Source: Hydrurus foetidus (Eukaryota). Taken from it: 35,716 bases of DNA. Under the pieces are notes generated by a model, which saw nothing but the letters and a program-made list of their open reading frames with translations, did no database searches and was not told where the DNA came from. The DNA is taken from assembly GCA_900617105.1 (NCBI GenBank), contig UYFQ01000789.1:1-35716 (forward strand), written 5' to 3'. A program made the position numbers and the translations under genes. This document shows, one piece after another, positions 28,701 to 35,716 of the stretch; position 1 is the first letter of the stretch, and every line of letters starts with the position of its first letter.

Positions 28701-30271
28701 GGAGGAGCCTGAGCTTATAGTCGACGTAGACGACTACGTGGATCACCAGCACGACAACGGAGGTGACTATGTAGATCAGCAATATGAGACCGGTGGTGCA
28801 CTCGACGGGCCGTATCTGGATGTACCGAATCACAGTAGCGATACAACCCTGGTGCCCGAGCAGCTTGTAGAGCGTGACTATGCAATCGACGGCTTGATAG
28901 ACAGCATGAATCGGATGCGAGCTGGGCCGGGGGACCATCCTGAAGATCCGACTGGAGGCGTAGACGAGCGAGAAGTACCAGTGGATTACACAGCTGTGGG
29001 TGATGAGTGGAACGACCGTCAAGGAGCTGAGGGCGCAGCTAACCATGCTAGAGAATTACTGGCGATTCCAGTAGACATGAAGTTATGGACTTTTTCTTGA
29101 ACGGAAAAGGGAGGGCTCTACGGCTCTACTGACCCGCAACTACGATGGCGATGGAGCAAACTGGGGAGACCACGTGCTCTATATATCGGTGAATGAAGCG
29201 TTGCGCACAAGGGGTGATGCGGCGGTCAGCGTTATCGAAAAAGAGCTTAGACAGATGATCGATAAGAAGGTTTGGGAACCGGTCGATGTGAAGGGACTGC
29301 CATGGGAGGAAAAGCAGCGTATTATTAGGTCGAGCATGTTTCTCAAAGAAAAGTTCTTAGCGAGCGGCGAGTTTGAGAAGCTGAAGGCACGGCTCGTTGC
29401 TGGAGGAGATCAACAAGATCGTGAACTGTATGATGACTTGTCTGCACCAACAGTGGCTACTAGTTCAGTGTTCACACTGCTGAGCATAGCAGCGTATGAG
29501 AAGAGGAAGATCACCGTGATCGACATCAGCGGGGCATTCCTCAACGCGGATATGACCACCGGGCTGGCGGTAAGCATGAGGCTGGACAGGAATATGTTTA
29601 AGATTATGATCAGACTGGCACCTCATTACTCGGAGTTCGTTGATCACAAGGGATGCATCGTGGTGCGACTCGACAAAGCACTGTATGGGTGTGTGGAGTC
29701 GGCCGCGCTTGAGTTAGGGTATGCACCAAACACCCACGACATGTGTGTATTCAACACACATGACGAACACGGGGTGCAGTGTACGATTGCTGTGCATGTC
29801 GACGACCTGATGATCACGAGCACGAACATTGCTATGATTGAGTCGGTGTCGACAGGTCTGATAAAAAGGTATGGTAACATCACGCGAAGAGATGGACCTT
29901 TAGTAAACTACCTCGGTATGGTATTCGATCTAACCACTGCAGGTGTTGCACGCGTGTCAATGACTGGATACGTCGAGGAGATGTTGAAGGAAAGCAGGAC
30001 AAAAGGGGGTGCGAGGACACCTGCGACAGAGGGGCTGTTCAATGTGAGGCAAGACGCCGAGATGGCGACTGAGGAGCGGTGCGTGAAGTTTCACCGTCAA
30101 GTAGCTAAGATGCTCTACCTAGCGAAGCGGGCGAGACCGGGAGAAGCGAGAGTGAAGCACCTCGGGACAAAAGAGATGTATACGAATCTCTTGACAAAGC
30201 CTTTGCAGGGTGCCCAGTCCAAGTGCGAGAGACAAGGACTTACTGGGTGGGATGTTGACACATCAATTTGA
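25771..30271 (+). pseudogene. Copia C gag-pol remnant with multiple stops and frameshifts; RNase H mostly deleted
   Basis: CFKCETKGHYARNC knuckle, VLLDNEAS (PR), SIDVMF / MSDGEG / IERRIR (IN), KLKARLVAGG, IDISGAFL, VHVDDLM (RT). KRARP is joined directly to GEARVKHLGT...LTKPLQG. Confidence 0.9.
26184..26895. repeat. 226-bp inverted duplication within Copia C gag (26184-26409 vs 26670-26895)
   Basis: The same peptide appears in + and - ORFs; one mismatch seen; the inverted copy is flanked by the direct repeat TCCACACCCACAAC (26649-26662, 26894-26907). Confidence 0.95.
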
Positions 30272-30339
30272 ATTAGATTTAATTAAGATTCATGCATGAT
30301 AAGCATATGTAGTAACGATTGTAGTGTCGCATAGGGGTG

Positions 30340-30648
30340 TGTTGGAGATATCTTAGTTTATGGCACGAACACAATCTGTGTACTCACGTATCCGTTCATA
30401 CGTACGGATCATTACGTGTGAGCATATGTGACGACGATGATGAATGGACCCGAGCAATGTCTCTGTAGGATTGCATGTTGTCATTGCATTTAAATGGATT
30501 TGTGGACCGTATTGAGTAATACGGCACTGTCTAATTAACAAGTGATTACTGAAATTCCATCGCTTATTTCACGAGCCCTGGCCGAGTGATCTTCAGCAAC
30601 TGTACTGCGAGAGGCGTACGTAACTGTCAAACCAAAGATCCGTCAACA
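30340..30648 (+). repeat. Copia C 3' LTR (309 bp)
   Basis: Preceded by CATAGGGGTG (30330-30339), followed by TSD CAGAA. Confidence 0.95.
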
Positions 30649-31134
30649 CAGAATAAAGTGTTACTGACGATGGCGATGAAGCGTGGACGACGGTGATTCC
30701 CAAAAATAGCGACCAAATTCCAGCGGAGATGGGCTTTTCGCCTCGGCAGCTGTCGCCGGATATCATCGAATTCGACACGATTATCATAGAATCAAATCTC
30801 GGAATTTTGAGATCCGTGGAGTTTGTGCTGCTAAACTACTTTTCGACTAAAGAGTCGACTCACAGATTCCAGCCATGACTACGCGTGGAAAGATGTCACG
30901 ATGTCATGGGGTTCTCTGGATGTAAATTATTGGATGTTGAGTTGTAACTGCTGTTAGAGGCTGTACAGTAGGGTATAGTTAGAGCCATTGCTACGTCCAG
31001 ACAGAAGTGATGTACGTACAGAACCTGTGTGTGCAAAGTAGACACCAAAGTAGACATCTCCACATGGTCACTGGCCGGGGGGGGGGGGGTCGTCTAGATT
31101 TTCGATAGAATCCTAGATTTTTTCTTTTCCGGGG

Positions 31135-32432
31135 ACCGTTTGCATGATCAGCCGTGCCATTTCTTTCCGGTGGCAACGTACGAACTGTACGGGGGATGTA
31201 CAGGTGATTTGCGTGTGAGCCCCACTTTTAACTCATCGGCGATACAATTTCAGCGCCAAGAAGCCCTCTGCGTTGTCTCAACTCCGGCAGATGTCGATAT
31301 CAAGGATTCCTGCATTGCTGTGGAAATACCATGGTTAGTCTGGCTTCCTCCAATTGGAATTTTGAACAGTCAAGAATTGACATTCATAGCGTTGAATTAT
31401 CTAGGAACTGACATCCATTAAAACGACAACATTATCAGGTTTACCTGAGGAAATTCTCGGAGACAGAATTTCTGACTTGATGACGTGATTTCTTTGCTGT
31501 CGCGTAAGGATCCAAACTGCGATTGCTGCACAGTTATCGTCTGCTGTGACAGATTTATTTGCTCTCCCGTCAGAATTAAAACTGCGGTTGCCGCTCAAAT
31601 TTCTTCAGCTGCGACAGGCCTTCACCATGAGCCCCAACTTTTGATGGACGAAGATGGTGCGCTGGTCAACTTCCATCAAACCTATCATAGATTAATGAGT
31701 TCTCATAGTTGAAAAATGTATAACGAATACTCTCTGTCCATGTATAACGAATTCCAACCGCTCACTAAGGTCTCTTGATTCATCACTAGTATGATCATCA
31801 TCGTTATCACTTTCTGTGTGATCAACGCTATCCGGTGATACGATGGTCGTCTTTGATTTCTTCTTAGGCCTCCTGACGGCCCTCACCCTAGCCATGACAC
31901 AATTTTGCGGTACCGATTACTCACAAACTATAGTGATCTACCTAGAAGTCAAGATATACCCTATGCTCAGAATTTCAAGACGAACAAAAGTTATACCTTC
32001 ATTCTTGCTGCATCTCTGGTATGTGAAAGCTGGAAGCCAGAATGTCAGGATCATGGACACTTTTTTTCAAAATTTTGAAATTTGAAAGCGTAACTTTTGA
32101 ACTAGAGTGTTTGCGAAACCTCGTATTTTGAAAATACGAGTTTTCAACTCGGCTTTTTTCAAACTCGTCACAACGAGAATAAAAACGACTTCTTCGAAAA
32201 CAAGTGGGATAGTCGGGTTTTCCCAGAAACGAGTTTGAAAAAGCCGAGTTTTTAAAACTCGTATTTTCAAAATACAAGGTTTCGCAAACACTCTACTTCA
32301 ATTCATTTCCGGAAGATTCCAGTGATTTTCTGTGCGTATCGGTGAGAGATTATTGAGAGAATTGTACCGCAATTTTCACGGAAACGCCGGAAAATTCAAT
32401 GCGGAAATGGCACGGCTGATCATGCAAACGGT
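31135..32432. mobile_element. Unclassified non-autonomous TIR element, 1298 bp
   Basis: Perfect 29-bp TIR ACCGTTTGCATGATCAGCCGTGCCATTTC (31135-31163 / 32404-32432) flanked by direct repeat CCGGGG. Confidence 0.75.
32104..32294. mobile_element. 191-bp foldback MITE nested in the TIR element
   Basis: ~65-bp TIRs starting AGAGTGTTTGCGAAACC. TSD reads as ACT (3 bp), or as TA if the ends are trimmed by one base. Confidence 0.85.
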
Positions 32433-32733
32433 CCGGGGTCACCCACTGCTCGGCCGTGGCCGAGTTAGTCTTTCTTACAGCGATACTATACGAAAAATTT
32501 CGCCAAAAAGCGGTTTTGCAAAACCAGCCAAAAAGCGAGCTTTTCCGTGTGTTTTTGTACTTGCGTAAATATACGACAAACCGTCGCTAGTCTCAAACTG
32601 ACGTCAAACCGCAACCTCCATCTGCTACTTTTTCAAATTTGATGAGGTAAAATTTAATTTTTTCGAAAAATTCAAATATGTTGATCACAAGGATCACTAT
32701 CAGGCATCAAACATCAAACCACAACTCTACAAA

Positions 32734-34107
32734 ATGTTACTGCGCAAAAAGTTGAAGAGACGTCTAAGTAGTGACTCCTCTGGTTCTGAATCCGACGGGA
32801 GCGATGATGATGTTATCACCCCAGCAGTCGACTTAAACTTCAAGAGAATCAGAATATTGGTCGTTCTGAAATCTGTTCTATCGTTAGAGGGTCACAGTAT
32901 GCTGCCAGTGCACCACTTAAGAGCAGGCAATCAGAAAAGAGATAGAGTTGAGATAGTGAGATGGGCTGCAGAGCCGGATGATAAAATGTTCAGAGCCGGA
33001 TGACAATTCCGTTTGGTTCGTGAAGATTTCTTCTACGTACTGCTAAAAATCTCTGTTGACTTATCGAGAAATGAAAAGCAAGCTCGGAACAGTTCTGGCT
33101 CCTCTATTACGCCAGAGTTGAAATTGATGATCACTTTACGGATTTTGGCCAGTGCATCTTACCTCGATATGATCCATTATCGAGTCCATGTAGACTCAGT
33201 TTCTAGCATCGTATGGGATACAGTCAAAGCTATTCATAGCAATATTGATAACATCAAATTGGCGTCAACAGAAGCAGAGTGCCTACGCATTGCAAAAGTT
33301 TGGGCTGCGATACAACTCATTAGATGGGGTCAGCATTTGACGGCTGGTACAATCTATGCTGGTGATGGATTAGCTATTGAAATTGGACAACCGTCAGTAG
33401 AGGAATTACGCGGGCGTCCTATTTCGATATTCAGGAACAGGAAAAACTTTTGGGCGCTCATAGCGCAGGGTTTCTGCGACGCCAATACACGATTTTCAGT
33501 ATTTGATGTGAAGTGGCCTGGTAACACAAATGATATTATTGCATATAATATGACAGACATATTTCATAAGGCAACTGCTGGATACTTTCCCCCATGGGCA
33601 ACTTTCGTCTTAGATGAGGCCTACTCATCTTGCGGTGGTATGCATTTAACTCCCTTTTCTGTGCATCAACTCAAGAGAACGAAGAGAAATGAGATATTGT
33701 TATATTATAAAATGTTATCTTTCACTCATATTCTTTCCTCACAACGCATAACCATTGAAAGAGCATTTGGAATTCTTGTCCGACGGTGGGGCATTCTGTG
33801 GAGACCAATAACATATCGTTTAGATAAAGTTGCAACCATAGTGAGGATTTGTGCAATGCTTCATAACATATGCGTTGACCGTTGGCTTTTAAGCAAACCA
33901 AGGTGTTATGTAAATAGAGTACGTCAATGGCCTGATGTTCCTGAGCAGGAGGCCGTCGAAGACCCCATGCCAGGAGATGATGCAATTGTAGAGCGATTAC
34001 ACAACAATTACATTCACTCTAGAGCATTGTCTGCGGACAACTCACTACGCATGCAGCTAGTAGAAGATATTTATAATTCTGGCATTGTTGCCTCGTCTGA
34101 CACCTAA
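32734..34107 (+). pseudogene. PIF/Harbinger (HARBI1-like, DDE_Tnp_4) transposase with one in-frame TGA at 33001-33003
   Basis: ITPELKLMITLRILA, AGDG, FRNRKNF, GFCDANTRF, WPGNTND, LDEAY, RITIERAFGILVRRWGIL, CAMLHN. The 32734 and 33013 ORFs share one frame. Confidence 0.88.
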
Positions 34108-34273
34108 TTTCATCAACTAGATTAGATTATAATTGTAAACGGACGTTTGCTTTATTTAGTTGATGCATGAAATTATATCGTAAGAATTCTATTTTAAGTA
34201 AATAAATAATATACTTTTTTCTTTCTACTACAAAATTGTCTCATTTATTACCTGAAGAAGATGAAATGTGGTT

Positions 34274-34776
34274 TCAAATGCTGATCAGACGCTTGAGTTC
34301 CGTTTTCATTTCAGACTGTTCTGCTTCATTATACATACCGAAAATTGTGGGGTTCTCCATAACTTTCAGTAGATTATTCACTTTCTCTGTTTTAGTCAAA
34401 GCTTCAGTGAGGATCGCATTGCTTTTTTTGTCATCAACACACGCTTTATTTTTCTCGATTATTGATTGATTGACAGCGTCGCTACTAACACTATCATTCC
34501 CTACGTTTGAGTTGGGTGTCATAAACTCGCGTAATAGAGCAACCTGTTCTTGTTTCATAGCTTCGTGTTTTTTTGAAGTCATCTCTTCTTCTCTTCTTTT
34601 TCTTTTAGCGTAATTTGATTGTTCTCCGTCATCACCCTTAACATCACTTTTGTTGTTGCTGGCTTCACATGCGCTCTCATCAAGAAAAAGATCCGCTTTT
34701 AGGAAATCTAGATTTTGCTGTCTAAGCGTCAACCAGAAATAAAACAGCCCTGTATCTTTAGGCCTGTTCTCTAGAC
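34274..34776 (-). CDS. Last exon of the probable Harbinger accessory (ORF1-type) protein, convergent with the transposase
   Basis: Frame open from an acceptor-like GAATAG| at 34777: LENRPKDTGLFYFWLTL...AKRKRREEE (NLS-like, coiled). Tail-to-tail layout is common in PIF/Harbinger. No Myb domain visible in the window. Confidence 0.5.
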
Positions 34777-34793
34777 CTATTCACAATTATATA

Positions 34794-35389
34794 ATGTGTA
34801 TGCGTATCAGTATGTGTATGTGTATCAGTATGTGTATGTGTATCAGTATGTGTATCAGTATGTGTATGTGTATCAGTATGTGTATGTGTATCAGTATGTG
34901 TATGTGTATCAGTATGTGTATGTGTATCAGTATGTGTATGTGTATGTGTATGTGTATCAGTATGTGTATGTGTATCAGTATGTGTATCAGTATCAGTATG
35001 TGTATGTGTATGTGTATGTGTATCAGTATGTGTATGTGTATGTGTATCAGTATGTGTATCAGTATGTGTATGTATGTGTATCAGTATGTGTATGTGTATG
35101 TGTATCAGTATGTGTATCAGTATGTGTATCAGTATGTGTATGTGTATGTTTATTAGTGTGTGTATCAGTAAGTGTATGTGTATGTGTATCAGTATGTGTT
35201 TTATTGGTATGTATCAATTAGTATGAGTATGTGAGTATGTGCAATAAAATATGTATGTATGTGTGTCAGTATGTGTGTGTGTTTATGTATGTGTATCAGT
35301 ATGTGTATGTGTATCAGTATATGTATCAGTATGTGTATGTTTATCAATTAGTATGTATCAATATCAGTGTATGTGTATGTGTATCAGTA

Positions 35390-35426
<37 letters not shown>

Positions 35427-35716
35427 CAGTATGTGTATCAGTATGTGTATCAGTATCAGTATGTTTATATGTGTATCAGTATGTGTATGTGTATGTGTAT
35501 CAGTATGTGTATGTGTTTGTGTATGTGTATCAGTATGTGTATCAGTATGTGTATCAGTATGTGTATGTGTATCAGTATGTGTTTGTGTATGTGTATCAGT
35601 ATGTGCATGTGTATCAGTATGTGTATGTGTATGTGTATCAGTATGTGTATTTGTATCAGTATGTGCATGTGTATCAGTATGTGTATGTGTATCAGTATGT
35701 GTATCAGTATGTGTAT
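34794..35716. repeat. Compound hexamer microsatellite (TATGTG)n/(TATCAG)n running off the right edge
   Basis: Interspersed TATGTG and TATCAG units over more than 900 bp, with a degenerate middle (35150-35370). Confidence 0.97.

Larger units (their letters stand above)
25209..30648 (+). mobile_element. Defective Ty1/Copia LTR retrotransposon C
   Basis: LTRs TGTTGGAGATA...CGTCAACA at both ends, TSD CAGAA (25204-25208 / 30649-30653), broken gag-pol. Confidence 0.95.

Noticed and set aside
4035..33003. UGA reassignment suggested by several in-frame TGAs in TE genes
   Set aside because: ispD and several pol ORFs end normally at TGA, and the decayed elements also contain in-frame TAG/TAA.
34794..35668. 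ORFs of MCMCIS / VYVYQY / HIHILI type
   Set aside because: Translations of the microsatellite.

Overview
Eukaryotic, TE-dense window, probably from a plastid-bearing stramenopile (ochrophyte); this is inferred from an ASA-Y bipartite targeting signal on IspD and from diatom-like Copia elements. Only two clear host genes are present, convergent and intronless: plastid-type ispD with a 17-aa x ~16 tandem-repeat tail (19058-20755, +) and a signal-peptide aldo-keto reductase (21105-22094, -). The rest is mobile DNA: (A) a minus-strand Ty1/Copia element (5' LTR 11905-12256, running off the left edge) whose gag is split by a complete chromodomain Ty3/Gypsy element (4306-11059); (B) a young full-length Copia (12369-18923, LTRs apparently identical, TSD GTTAT); a decayed intron-containing IS630/Tc1-like transposase; (C) a defective Copia (25209-30648, TSD CAGAA) with a MITE in its 5' LTR and a 226-bp internal inverted duplication; a 1.3-kb TIR element with a 6-bp TSD; a PIF/Harbinger gene pair; and a compound microsatellite. 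Main finding: none of the three distinct Copia elements has a TGG tRNA primer-binding site. In each, the 9-11 nt immediately after the 5' LTR are instead the exact reverse complement of a site inside its own LTR, with covarying sequence between families. This suggests Tf1-like self-primed reverse transcription in Copia elements. Copia A and B also show different gag-pol recoding candidates: UGA readthrough with a 3' stem, and a -1 frameshift at G_GUA_AAC.
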